Shown here: positions 11,557 to 24,386 of the stretch, piece after piece
Layout of the letters: the number at the start of each line of letters is the position of its first letter
How positions within the stretch are numbered: position 1 is the first letter of the stretch
NCBI GenBank assembly: GCA_951406725.2
Contig: OX597822.1
Coordinates: 76,384,001 to 76,448,000 of the forward strand
From: Octopus vulgaris
Lineage: Eukaryota
Direction: 5' to 3'
DNA length: 64,000 nt
Notes under the pieces: generated by a model
Database searches by the model: none
What the model was told of the DNA's origin: nothing
Seen by the model: only the letters and a program-made list of their open reading frames with translations
Program-made: the position numbers and the translations under genes

Positions 11557-11944
11557 CTAGAAAAAAAAAATTATGTGTTAAGGTTATAGGGAACTTTACC
11601 ACAAACATTTTTGCCATAGGAACAAACCCTGTGAGAAGTTTAATTTTAAATTATTTCATTTTTTTTTTAATGCTTGATATTGAATAAAGACTTGTCTATT
11701 TAACACTTTTTAAAATCCTTTTATCACTAGTTTTTTCATATTTTAAAAAATACTACTACAATGCACTTTATCATTGTCCATACAGTGAAATGTCTAATGC
11801 TGAATGTTCCTATAAAGCAAAATGTTTTACTACGAATTTTTCTGGACACATGTTTTATATGCCATCAGATAAGCTACTGTTGGCTCAACTTCAGACTCTG
11901 TTCTGCATTTTTCAAATTTCCATTCAAAGCAACAAATAGTTTAT

Positions 11945-12360
11945 ATACTCATAATATTTGTTAAATACCATGGGTTCACCTGGAATGCCTACATTTATCA
12001 TTTAATATTTCTTTACCTATTTCCCAACCACAGAAATATCCAGTCAGCAATTCTCTTATCTCTCTATATGTGTGGATATTAAAATCCTGTATTACGTTTC
12101 ACCGATTCATTTTGTTTGTCTCTATCAGTTATTTGTCAGTATTACTTCTGGTCTACTTCTCAACCATACATTTCTCTCTCTATTTTTTTTTTTTTTTTTG
12201 CATAAAACCCCTGTGCAAACATAAAACGTTTGTGATGATGTTTTTCATAGACTCACTGTGCAACCATTTTACAGATATTTACAATATGGGTCATGGTCTC
12301 ACCTTCCATACTACATAACCTCCATTTATCCGATTCTGCTTCTCTCTTTATGCTATTCAT
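11945..12360 (-). mobile_element. Highly decayed R4/Dong-clade non-LTR retrotransposon fragment (zinc knuckle plus restriction-like endonuclease)
   Basis: Manual translation across stops and frameshifts gives DK(W)RLCSMEGETMTHIVNICKMVAQ...DFNIHT.REI...LDISVV...MINVGIPGE, collinear with the better copy at 14087-15105. Confidence 0.65.
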
Positions 12361-12371
12361 GTAGAAGGTAC

Positions 12372-12793
12372 AGACCTGGTTGTGTGGGAAGTAGTTTGCT
12401 TCCCAACCACATGGTTCTGGGTTCAGAGTTCAATCCTGCTGTGTGGCACCTTGGGCAAGTGTCTTCTACTATAGCCTTATGTTGACCAAAGCTTTCTGAG
12501 TAGATTTGGCCGATGGAAATTGTAAGAAGCCCATTGTATTTGTGTGCACGTGTGTGTGTGCATGTGCACACGTGTATTTGAGCCTGTGATAGTTCCCTAC
12601 CACTGCCTGACAACCAGTGTTGGTCTGTTTACATCCCTGTAACTTAACAGTTCAGTGAAAGGGACCAATAGAATAAGTACCAGGTTTATAAAAAACAAGC
12701 ACTCGGGTTGATTCATTCGACTAAAAATTTTTCAAGGCAGTGCTCCAGCATGGCCATAGTCCAGTGACTGAAACAAGCAAAAGATAAAAGATA
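12372..12793 (+). mobile_element. Family A SINE, full length
   Basis: Head, internal (TG)n and tail all present. Confidence 0.85.
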
Positions 12794-13185
12794 ATCTTTT
12801 CAGCCCGTCCTGCTCAAACGGTCCCTGAATAAGGTTTGTTTAGAGGTGTTGAACGAAACACCCATGTTTCCAAAGGTGAATTATCCAAACCCCAAGAATC
12901 CCTCTCAACACATGGCTATGATACTCCCCTACTACTTCTGCTCATGCAGATATTGTCAGCCACTAAGGGACTTGCTCAAGTAGTTAAGGTCAAACAAGTG
13001 ACAAGCAAATCTGTGGTTCTGAGCAGAATATTTGTTGTAGCCCATCTTTTATACCAAAACAAAACAATGTACATGATAACACTTCTAATCAGTTAAAATC
13101 AGAAGCCATGAAAGCCACTGCCTGGTACTGCATCAGGGAATAGCAAAATATATTCTGTAGCCCGTCTTTCACACTGAGACAATGT

Positions 13186-13481
13186 GTGGAGGCACATGGC
13201 CTAGTGGTTAGAGCAGCGGACTCACAGTCGAAGGATCGTGGGTTCAAATCTCAGACTGGGCGATGTGTGTGTTTATGAGCGAAACACCTAGGTGCCACCT
13301 GACTCCGGCAGAAGGTAATGGCGAACTTCTGCTGACTCTTTCGCCACAACTTTCTTTCACTCTTTCCTCCTGCATCTAGCAGCTCACCTGGCGTCCTGTC
13401 CAGGTGGGGAACCTATACGCCAAGGAAACCGGAAAACCGGCCCTTATGAGCCAGGTGTGGCTCGACAAGGAACAAACAACA
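13186..13481 (+). mobile_element. tRNA-derived SINE related to family C, with 13-bp target-site duplication
   Basis: A box TGGCCTAGTGG, B box GGTTCAAATC, and TSD ACTGAGACAATGT at 13173-13185 and 13482-13494. Confidence 0.85.
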
Positions 13482-13722
13482 ACTGAGACAATGTAGCAGG
13501 CTGGCAGAATCATTAGCATGCCGGGCAAAATGCTTAGCAGCATTTCATCCATCATTACACTTTGAGTTCAAATTCTACTAAGAGTGACTTTGCCTTTAAT
13601 TCTTCCAAGGTCAATAAACTAAGTACAAGTTGTGCACTGGGGTCGATCTAATTGAGTTAGCCTTTCCTCTCAAATGCTAGATTTGTGCCAAAGTTTGAAT
13701 CCATTATTATTATTATTATTAC

Positions 13723-13761
<39 letters not shown>

Positions 13762-13762
<1 letters not shown>

Positions 13763-14022
13763 TTGGTTTGGCTCAGGTTTGGTCTTATTCCTGGTAGGAA
13801 GTTTTCCAACAGTCTTTCAAGTGTTTAGAACCCTCCTTGATAATTCCTGCTGTCCCTAATTTTCTGTCTCTAAACTTTGCTGTTCCTAAACTTTCCGTAG
13901 GAGCTCTACCAGGCATTCAATATCCTTTAGCCATTTGTCTCTCTCTTGGTTTACTGTTCCCAATGCACCAATTACTATAGGCACAACCTTTATTCTTCAC
14001 ATGCTTCACATTCTTCTATTTT
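13762..14022 (-). mobile_element. Short 3' fragment of an R4/Dong-clade element between two TAA arrays
   Basis: Minus-strand translation RIKVVPIVIGALGTV...KWLKDI...LGTAGII. (TTA)n arrays lie at 13703-13761 and 14023-14086. Confidence 0.7.
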
Positions 14023-14030
14023 AATTATTA

Positions 14031-14086
<56 letters not shown>

Positions 14087-14087
<1 letters not shown>

Positions 14088-15105
14088 CTTCGTAACACAG
14101 TGTAGGTAAAAATGCACCAGAGTTTTTAGTCATCGGTCAAGTCACAACAAGGACCTCAGACAGGTAATACTTACCTTAAGATGTGCACTCTGCCCAATAA
14201 GGCTTCTTTTTGCAAGACATCTTGCATAGGATTTCCAGTTGCCTTAAGAAGTTTTGAAGTTTCAATGGGATTGATCCCAATGTTCCAATCACCACTGGTA
14301 TCACTTTTACATTACCCTCTCACATTCCATAGTCTTGCTATTTCCACTTTCAATTCGGAATACTTGGTGATTTTTTTCAACCTCTTCTCTCACAACATTC
14401 ATGTCATTTGGTCTGGCTACATCAGTGATCTGACAGTATTTGTCTCTCTTTTTCAATATGACAATATCCGGCCGACGGTGTTTGATTACATGATCCGTCT
14501 GAAAATCATAGTCTCAGAGTATCATTATTTTTCCATCCTCCTGCATAAATTTACTTGATACATGCTCATACCAGTTCTCTGTTACTTCATATTGGCATTT
14601 ACGGCATAAGAGCCAATGAAGATATACACACACACTTTATCATGGCGACACTTTTATTCTTTTTGTGCAAGGCTCTCACATCCACTTACAAAGTGGGTCA
14701 CATTTTCCACACTCTTTCCACAGTCTGCATTTCTGGGTGTCAGAAGTTTTATAGATGTTATACTTCACTGAATTGGTAGCGAGAGCCTGGTCTTGTGCAG
14801 CAATGATCAGACTTTTGGTGGTATGCTTCAAATCACTTCGCTCAAGCCATACCCACGATGCTGTATTATCCTTAACATCCTGTCTATTCCTTTCAAACTG
14901 TCCATGCATTCTCATTTCAAGAAGGTATTTTCTCTTCTCCTCAGCTCTTTGATTAAATTCTTCTTTGCCCATCATTTCATCTGCATTTACACCCATGTCT
15001 TTCGCGGCATAGTGCAGCAGGTCTTTATCACTATTTATCAAATGCTCTGCAAGCGTTCTCCTTTCACTCCTTATACAGTGATCTATACTAATTAGTCCTC
15101 TGCCA
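14087..15105 (-). mobile_element. 5'-truncated R4/Dong-clade non-LTR retrotransposon, pseudogenised C-terminus
   Basis: ORF 14676-15041 has MHGQF, SWVWL, LIIAAQDQALAT and KCRL. It continues through stops and frameshifts as WYEH, IL*DYDFQTDHVIKHRRPDIV, ITDVARPND, KYSELKVEIARLW and VIPVVIGTLG (PD..D restriction-like endonuclease). The 3' end abuts (TAA)n. Confidence 0.85.
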
Positions 15106-15180
15106 CCATTCTTTCCTTTTTTTCTTTTTGCTTCAGCTCAGAGCTGCGGCCATGCTGATGCACCATCGTTAATAACTCAC

Positions 15181-15246
15181 CTCCCCGGCGGGAAATCGAA
15201 CCCCGGAATCCCACGTGACAGGCGGGGATACTTACCACTATACTAC
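15181..15246 (-). pseudogene. tRNA-Asp(GUC) pseudogene lacking the 5' acceptor strand
   Basis: The minus strand GTAGTATAGTGGTAAGTATCCCCGCCTGTCACGTGGGATTCCGGGGTTCGATTTCCCGCCGGGGAG matches the canonical eukaryotic tRNA-Asp from position 7. The upstream AATAAA cannot pair with the 3' acceptor strand. Confidence 0.85.
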
Positions 15247-15451
15247 TTTATTAATGTTATCATTATTATTTGCCAGAAACGTTAGCATGCCAGCCAAAAT
15301 GCTTAGTGGTATTTTGCCCATCGCTATGTTCTGAGTTCAAATTCCACCGAGGTCGGGTTCGATAAAATAAGTACCAGTTGAACACTGGGGTTGATATAAC
15401 TGATTCATCCGCCCTTGCAAAATTGCTGACATAATTTGAAACTACTATAAC

Positions 15452-15452
<1 letters not shown>

Positions 15453-15508
<56 letters not shown>

Positions 15509-15537
15509 CATTATTATTATTTTTATTATTATTATTA

Positions 15538-15577
<40 letters not shown>

Positions 15578-15619
15578 CATCATCATCATCATCATTATTA
15601 TTATTATTATTATTATTAT
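15453..15619. repeat. (TTA)n/(TCA)n microsatellite
   Basis: Directly visible. Confidence 0.95.
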
Positions 15620-15923
15620 GCATAAACATATATGTTATGTGTGTGTGTGAATGTATACTTGTGTGAATGTTTGTATGTATATATGCATATTTATATGTGC
15701 GTATACACATATATATTGTATATATGTGCATACATACTTACATGTATAAAAACACACACACATATATGCAGACACATAGTCACACACACAGGTGAAAATC
15801 TTTGTGCGTGTTAGTGTATAGAAATATATATTTGTGCAGGTAATAAAAAAACAAAGTCTCTGAAAATATGTTTTCTTACGGATATTTCTGGATATTTATT
15901 TTGATATCTTTTCACTTACTTAC

Positions 15924-15949
15924 CTGGCTTAGAAATTTGTTTTTTCTAC
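15924..15949 (-). CDS. Candidate 26-nt micro-exon (x-RKNKFLSQ)
   Basis: Consensus donor CAG|gtaagt with a weak acceptor. Phases (1 in, 0 out) fit the flanking candidates. Confidence 0.2.
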
Positions 15950-15999
15950 CTTACGATATATACCCCAAACACACACAAACATACCTGCCACCCACACAT

Positions 16000-16047
<48 letters not shown>

Positions 16048-16206
16048 TCTGCAAGGCAAAGTCTACGATAGAGTTTTGATTTTCTCTGAGTACTATTTTA
16101 TGTATAATTCAGTATAACATGTACATCTGTGTGTGTGTGTGTGTGTGTATGTATATATATGAATAATAATAAACATAAAGATGTGTGTAAACATTTATTA
16201 CTTTTA

Positions 16207-16263
<57 letters not shown>

Positions 16264-16828
16264 GTGTGTGTATGTATGTATTTATGAATAATAAATGAAT
16301 ATGAATACATAGGTAAATATTTTTATCTATTATTGATATAATATGCACATATATATATACACACACATACATAAGATATAAAATATATTTATAAATAAAT
16401 GTATGTATAATGTGTATGTTAAGTATATATATATTTGCACCATATCTACATGCATACATACATCTATATATACAAATATATGTAGATATATATGTGTGTA
16501 CCTGTGCATATGTATATATATATACATGCATATATGCATATAAGTATGTATACATATATTTGTACACACACATACTTGTTGACCTTATCTGTGTGACCAT
16601 GATTAGCAGCCATGAAAATACTAAAAAAATAAACAATATAAATATATAACAAAACTAAAAATACTATAAAAGAAACTATGCATAAATACATACATATGCC
16701 TACACACACACACACATACATACACACACATATGTATGCGTATATATATGTATATATTTTACATAAATATATGTCATATATATATCAAGTATAATATATA
16801 CATACATAATATATAGCATATTTATATT

Positions 16829-16864
<36 letters not shown>

Positions 16865-16954
16865 CATTTGTCATATATTATATATATATATATATATTTA
16901 TTATGCATATATATATATATATATGTGTATATATATATATATATAAATCCATAC

Positions 16955-17159
16955 ACACAAAAAGTAAAGAATTTCTAAAAAGTTTTATTGGAAAGATTTT
17001 TTTTCTCTCATAATCATCCGTAAGTTTCATGTAGTTTTTCATAAAACTCTTATCATCATGTCTTCGACCATCAGTGTTCATGGTTTTTATATTAACAGTA
17101 AATACCAAATCGGTAATATTGGAGACTTTGCACCTTTGTAACTTGTTTATTGCTTCTAA
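16955..17159 (-). CDS. Candidate 205-nt internal exon (LEAINKLQRCKVSNITDLVFTVNIKTMNTDGRRHDDKSFMKNYMKLTDDYERKKIFPIKLFRNSLLFV)
   Basis: Strong acceptor ttttgttttgttatttcaatacag, a 68-codon open frame in a unique island between microsatellites, and donor gtatgg. Confidence 0.35.
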
Positions 17160-17589
17160 CTGTATTGAAATAACAAAACAAAAAAAATATATATATATAT
17201 ATATGTGTGTGTTTATTTTATGGATATGTTCTAGAAGTTACACTTTGAATTTGAGTTGGTTTTGTTTGTTGTTTTTTTTTTGTTTTTTTTTATTTCATCA
17301 AATTGAAAAAGCAAGGTAAAAATATAATAAAAGATGAACTACCTGCATTTTTTTTTATTTATCAAGAGTGGTTTTTAGCAGGGATTGATAGCATTGTGAA
17401 AGAAGAGAAAGTAAAGCAAACAGCTATTCATTTGTGGAAGAGATATAGGGTGAGGGGAAGAGGAAGGGTGGAGGAAGTGTTGATATTGGATGAGGCGGAG
17501 GAGGAGGAAGTAATGGAAGATTATGGTGGAAGAGTATTATGGAAGGAGAAGAACATTTTGGAAGATGAAATAGAAGAATAATGTGGAAG

Positions 17590-18412
17590 ATGTGACTGGG
17601 TGGTAAGAAGCTTGCTTCCCAACCACATGATTTTAGGTTCAGTTTCACTGCATGTCACATTGGATAAATGTCTACTACTAGAGCCTCAGGCCAACCGAAG
17701 CCTTGTGAGTGGATTTGAAAGAGGGAAGCTGAAAGAAACCTGTTACATATATGCATATATATATATATGAGCAGAAAATGGAGAAGACTTTTGATTAACA
17801 AATTGACTAACACCCAGGGTTAACATAGTAGTAATAACAGATATTCTTATCCCTTAGGCAGTTACTTTAACCGCTAACTCTATGTACCTACCTATATATA
17901 TATGTGATTATTTAACATATGGTGCTGAATTCGACACTTCTGTAAATGATAATGATATTTTTTATAAGCTTAAAGCTTATAAGTGATCACCATGCATTGA
18001 CTAAGATAAATAGTTTAATATTGGGGCTTATAAGCCCTTCAAGGAAAAAAGCTAGGTTTTGTCATATGCACAGGACAGCACACCCTACTTTTTTTCCATC
18101 AAGAGCTTATATGCCTCAATATTAGACTATTTATTCTTGCCAATACATGGTGATCGCTTATAAGTTTTAAGCTTATAAAAAAATATTACTATTCATGTGT
18201 GTGTGTGGTTTTGTTTGTGTTTGTCCCCCACCACTGCTTGACAATTAACATCTTCATAACTTAACAGTTCATCAAATGAGAGTGACAGAATAAGTGACTA
18301 GCTTAAAAGACGAATAAATGCTGTGGTCGATGCATTTGACTAAAAATTCTTTCAGGTAGTGCCCCAGCATGGTCGCAGTTTAATGACTGAAACAAGTAAA
18401 AGCTAAAAGAGA
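17590..18412 (+). mobile_element. Family A SINE split by insertions in its internal microsatellite
   Basis: Head at 17590-17745 and 3' half at 18196-18412, with foreign sequence between. Confidence 0.7.
17951..18190. mobile_element. ~240-bp foldback element / MITE
   Basis: Arms TTTTTTATAAGCTTAAAGCTTATAAGTGATCACCATG... and ...CATGGTGATCGCTTATAAGTTTTAAGCTTATAAAAAA are reverse complements over about 100 bp. Confidence 0.8.
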
Positions 18413-19412
18413 AATGATGAAGGAAAATATAATTGGGAAAATAAATAAATTGGATGAAGATGAAGATTGTGGAAGAGAAGAATATGAAGAAGTGAAAATT
18501 AAGAAAAAGAAGAAAATATGAGAATAGTGAAATATAAATAAGTCATGGAAGATGACTGTAGAAAATTAAAAATTGGTTTTATGAGGAGATATTTACATGG
18601 ATGGTTAAAAAATGGATTTTTAAAACTGTTTTTCTAAATCTAGATGATATCTTAATTAATTTATACAAATCTAGATTAATATCAATTATTCAGGCAAAAA
18701 TATGAGAGTGAATAATTTTATAGCATTAAAAAAATATTTGAAGTCACTTATATCAATAAAAATTGAAAAAATAGCAACAAAACAAATGAAGCCATTTATT
18801 TAATTAGAAAAATTATGTGAGTGACATCATTAATTATTAAAACCCACTTATATTCATGAACAATTAAAGACCACTTATATCATTGAAAATAGAAGTCACT
18901 TGCTTTGAGTATAATTGAGAGTAAGTGCGATGGGAGAGAGAGTGAGAGAGAGAAAATGGATTTAATTCTGAAAATTGAAAGGAAAATACGCTAAAATGAA
19001 GTAAAAATTATCATCTACAACAAATGACAATCAGAATATAAGAATATGTGGAGGGCATAGAATTCTTTGTTGGTGAAGATAGACTGACAAATACACCTGT
19101 GACATTTTCATACATTCTAGATTAATATCTTTTATAAATACAGCTAAGACCTGTCTGTTTTTATATTTTGGGTTTGGCATTATATAAAGACTACACAAGA
19201 TCATAACACTGCTTTATATATTTAGACACACAACTCTTTGCATGCTTATGCACTCAAATAGTCCTCTGTGTATGTAAAGATATATGTGTAATTTCACTCA
19301 TATATGGAAAATTTTTTTCTGGCTCATATTTTATTCAGGCATGTAATTTGCATATGGACAGACACATGGGATAAATAAAAATAATCAAACGCATAGACAG
19401 AGATATGCATAC

Positions 19413-19449
<37 letters not shown>

Positions 19450-19763
19450 CACACAAACACACACACATACACACACACATGTATTGTTTGCATATCAGCT
19501 TACAAACATTCATGTGCGTGTGTGTGTATTTTACAAATATGATGACACATATACATCATCATCATCATCACACACATGCACATGTGTGCCCCATATATAT
19601 GTATGTATGTGTATGTATATGTATGTATGTATATATATATATATATATATGTATGTATAGGCATGTATCTATATGTATGTATGTGTATATATGCGTATGT
19701 ATGTATATATATGTATGTGTATATATATATATGTATGTGTATGTGTATATATGTATATGTGGA

Positions 19764-19962
19764 AGCGCAATGGCCTAGTGGTTAGGGCAGTGGACTCGCG
19801 GTCGTAGGATCGTGGTTTCGATTCCTAGACCGGGCATTGTGAGTGTTTATTGAGCAAAAACACCTAAAAGCTCCACGAGGCTCCGGCAGGGGTGGTGATC
19901 CCTGCTGTACTCTTTCACCACAACTTTCTGATAGCCTGGTCGGTCACGGTGATCACGGTGAT
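19764..19962 (+). mobile_element. Family C SINE with internal deletion
   Basis: Aligns to the head and tail of 7050-7352. Confidence 0.85.
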
Positions 19963-20186
19963 ATATGTATATATATATATATATATTTATGTGTCTGTGT
20001 GTATGTATTTATATATATGTGTGTATATATATGTATATATATATGTGTATATGTATGTATATATATGTGTGTGTACATGCATGTATATATATGTATGTGT
20101 ATATGTATATATATATGTATGCGTATATGTATGTATATATACATATATATGTATGTGTATATGCACGTATATATATATATGTATGC

Positions 20187-20232
<46 letters not shown>

Positions 20233-21104
20233 CCATCCATCTATCTATCTTATAATATTGTACTAATCAGCTATGTGTACAGCAATGAAATTAGTGTAGA
20301 GGTTCTTTCCTTCCTTCTCAAGATACGTGAACTCATAAGGGTCAGTTTCCCAATTTTTAGGGCATATAAATTCCCCTACTGGATTGGCTGTCAGTCCATC
20401 ACATGATAAATCATTTTTGCCAGCTAAGTGAAACAACATGAAATGAAGTGTCTTGCTCAAGAACATAATGCATCGCCCAACCCAGGAATTGAAACCACAA
20501 TATTACTGTCATGAGTCCAACATCCCAACCACTAAGTTATCTACCCCCACTAGTAGTTCACCAGGGTTTCGTACTCATTCCTTTCCTGTTCATCGAAGTC
20601 CCGCAGGCCATAACAGAGGGATTTAAGACTGGCTACACTCAGGAACTTGATCTTATTCTAGTATAATCTGTAGCATAATTGGGAAAGAAATTTCAGGTAT
20701 AAAATCAAAACCTGCCATTGAAGGACTAAGTAAGGACCAAAAGTTGTAGGGAGAAAACGATAGGGTTTTCTTCCCTATACAATATGTAGGAATGGTGTTG
20801 GCAGAAATTTTATGTGGTGTACTGAGTATAAGGTATGGACATGTAAGAGGTAGAATGGAATCACAAGATCTCTTCTTAAGCTGTAAGTTGTTTACCTGTC
20901 GTGTCCAATTAACTTGCCGTTGCCATCCTTTTGAAGTCACTGAAAGAAGTTCTTTGATTGAGAGGTAACCAGCATTAGTACTCTGAAACGCGGTGTTCAA
21001 GTATAGCCTTCCAAAAATTATTCAGTCATCATCATCATCACCATCATCATCACCATCATTACCACCGTCATCATCATCATCACCATCATCATCATCACAG
21101 CTGG

Positions 21105-21428
21105 CTTACCCTCCACATGGTTCCGGCTTCAGTCCCGCTGCATGACACCTTGGGCAAGTGTCTTCTTCTATAGCCCCAGGCCAACCAAAACCTTTTGAGT
21201 GGATTTGGTCGATGTAAACTGAAAGAAGCCCGTCATATATGTATATATGTATGTGTGTGTATATGTTTGTGTGTCTGTGTTTGTCCCCCCACCCCAACAT
21301 CCCTTGACAACTGATGCTGGTGCGTTTGCATCCCTGTAACATAGCGGTTTGACAAAGGAGACTGATAGAAATACTAGGCTTATTTTAGGCTTTTTGCATA
21401 TGTGGAATATTGTTATAATACATCGTTT

Positions 21429-21471
<43 letters not shown>

Positions 21472-21790
21472 TATATGAATGTATATATGTATGCATGCAT
21501 TTGTGTTACTGTGGTTGTCCCCACCACCATTGCTTGACACCCAATGCTGGTGTGTTTATGTCCCCATAACTTAGCAGGTCAATTTGTTTGACTCAAGGCA
21601 GTGCTCCAGCATGGCCACAGACAAATGATCAAAACAAGTAAAAGAATATATATACGACAGGCTTCTTTCAGTTTCCATCTTTCAAATCCACTCACAAGGC
21701 TTCGGTCACCAAGGTGCCACACAGTAGGACTGAACCCAAAACCATGTGGTTGGGTAGCAAGCTTCTTACCACACATCCACTCCTACACCT
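21105..21790. mobile_element. Family A SINE pieces (+ 21105-21645, - 21653-21790)
   Basis: Family blocks in both orientations. Confidence 0.8.
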
Positions 21791-22466
21791 GTGTCTTTGT
21801 TTTTCTTCTAGAAATGTTTTCAGGGTCATCATTCTGTTGAATTCTCTTGTCTAGTCCCCTCTCTCAGGCCCTTTGAACCTGTTACCTACTTTTCTTCCCT
21901 TATGTATTGTTTCTCTGTTGAATTTCCCGTTAGTTTTAAATCCCTTTTCTTCTTAGAGCTCCGTTCCTATAACTACTGCTCCCTGGATCTCCCTACCATT
22001 GTCTCTCGTCTATGATATTCAGACCTTTAAGCATTTTGGCAAATGACAGCTTTTGAAATTGCAGGCCCCTTTCCTTCCCTACTTTGTAGTCCCTTACACA
22101 CAGTGGCTTCAAGCCTTGTTTTGAACAAAATCATTAAAAAGGGGGGGAAAAAAAAACACTAATGTATTGTGATATGATGAAATAACTGAGGTCAAAAGAA
22201 GATGGTGGAAAAGGAGGAAGGTGGAAGACTGGAAGAAGAAGAAGATTACTGAAGAATAAAGGTGGAAGTATAAGAAGCTGAGAGTATTAAGATGAAGAAA
22301 GACTAAGAATTGAATGATGAAGAAATTGAAGCAGACAAAATGGAAGAAAGAATGTGAGAAGGAAAAATATGATGAAAAATCCAGAAGTAAGAATTGTGTG
22401 AAGAAGGAAGTAGCCAAGTGTAAAGAAGCTGGCGATGTAAAAATAAAAAAAATGTGCGTGTGTATG

Positions 22467-22547
<81 letters not shown>

Positions 22548-22679
22548 AAGTCCCAATAGGAAGTCACTGCCATATATTGATAAAGCAGCTATGTTGTTAA
22601 GGGGTTTTTGTTTGTCTGTTCAGAAAGAAAGGAAGAAAGACAAAAGGGAATAAACCACTTCTTTCTCCCTTTGTGCATG

Positions 22680-22713
<34 letters not shown>

Positions 22714-22859
22714 AACACACACTACAAAACATAATGGAAAACAAAATGAACATCCTAATCAAAAGCTAATTTCAAAATATTAGACAAATTAATGTGTGTG
22801 TATACACATATATACATACATATATGTATATATATATTTGAATGTATATATATATTTGA

Positions 22860-22897
<38 letters not shown>

Positions 22898-23225
22898 GTG
22901 TATATATATTATATGTACATATATATAAGTATATATATGCATAGATGAATGTATTTGTGTGTGTGTATATATACATGCGTTCATATATATGTGTATGTAT
23001 GTATTGTGTGTATATATATATGTATATACATGCATTCATATATATATATATATGTGTATATATATATGTGTGTGTGTATAGAAAATATATATATATATAT
23101 ATACATATACATTCATATATATAGGTATATATATTTGTATGCATGTGTGTGTATGTATATGTGTATATATATATATATGTGTGTGTGTATGTATGTATGT
23201 ATGTATACATGTGTGCATAGGTGTG

Positions 23226-23257
<32 letters not shown>

Positions 23258-23674
23258 CACATATATATACATGTCTATATACGTAAATCTATCTATCTAT
23301 CTATATATATAAATATACAAATATACACACATGTGTGTATGTGCATTTTTGTATATATATATATATATATATATACACACGTGCACACACGTATGCGTTC
23401 CTCTGTGAATGAATATGTGAGCTCTAAACGATAAATATAATAAAACATAAGATAATTTTGTCTTTTTTAATTGTATTTTTCATTGATTTTTCTTTATCTT
23501 TTAACCATTTTCTTTTACACTTTTCTGTTTGCTTTTCCATTTATTTTCCAATTTTTGTTTTGAATTTATATTTTTTGCTGATTTTATTTTCGATTCTTTT
23601 TCTTCAACAACAGCAAAAATCCTGTTTCCGCTATTTCATAAATTGCTTCATTTATCAAAACTTTGATTCCCTAC

Positions 23675-23675
<1 letters not shown>

Positions 23676-23725
<50 letters not shown>

Positions 23726-23920
23726 TATTATTATTATTATCATTATCATCATCATCATTGTCATCATCCTCATCACAATCACAATTGCTATTATTATTAA
23801 TATTACTATTATTTTCATTGTTATTACTATCATTGTTTTTGTTGTTGATGCTATTATTATTATTAGTAGTAGTCGTACTGCTGTTGTTGTCTTCATTATT
23901 GCTGTTATTGTTGCTATTTT
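23676..23920. repeat. (TTA/TCA/TTG)n low-complexity tract
   Basis: Directly visible. Confidence 0.9.
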
Positions 23921-23973
23921 AGTTGTTTGTTTAATATTTATTTATACATTTTTTTTACCTTATTTTCTTTTCC

Positions 23974-24011
<38 letters not shown>

Positions 24012-24183
24012 TATTGCTATTATTATCATTATTTGTCTTTCTGCCATTGAAGTCTATAATGAATTTCTATTTTAGTCGAGTGAGTCATAAGTTTCGATGT
24101 GAAGGCCTAAAGAGCGCTTATCTTTAAATAAAACAAAAGCAACAATAACCACACTCATAACAGCAACAACTACAATAATAACG

Positions 24184-24220
<37 letters not shown>

Positions 24221-24343
24221 CAACAAGGATAAGGATAATAACGATACTAATAATAAATGAAGGAAAGCAACTTTAATTTTCTACTAGTTTTGTAGCTTTA
24301 AGTGTGTAAACTGTATATTGTTCTTTTTGTTTGTTTTATTCAG

Positions 24344-24386
<43 letters not shown>

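Noticed and set aside
11860-11930. EWKFEK on the minus strand resembling a TRP-box (EWKFAR)
   Set aside because: Four-residue match only, an upstream in-frame stop, no splice context, and it lies next to a decayed retroelement.
15181-15252. Functional tRNA-Asp gene
   Set aside because: The 5' acceptor strand is replaced by AATAAAG, so the acceptor stem cannot form.
17303-17581. Glu/Lys-rich ORFs here and at 22314-22559
   Set aside because: Purine-rich (GAA) low-complexity tracts without splice or domain support.
20550-21010. 115-aa minus-strand ORF in a unique block
   Set aside because: No recognisable motif or splice signals. It may be an old TE remnant but cannot be classified by eye.
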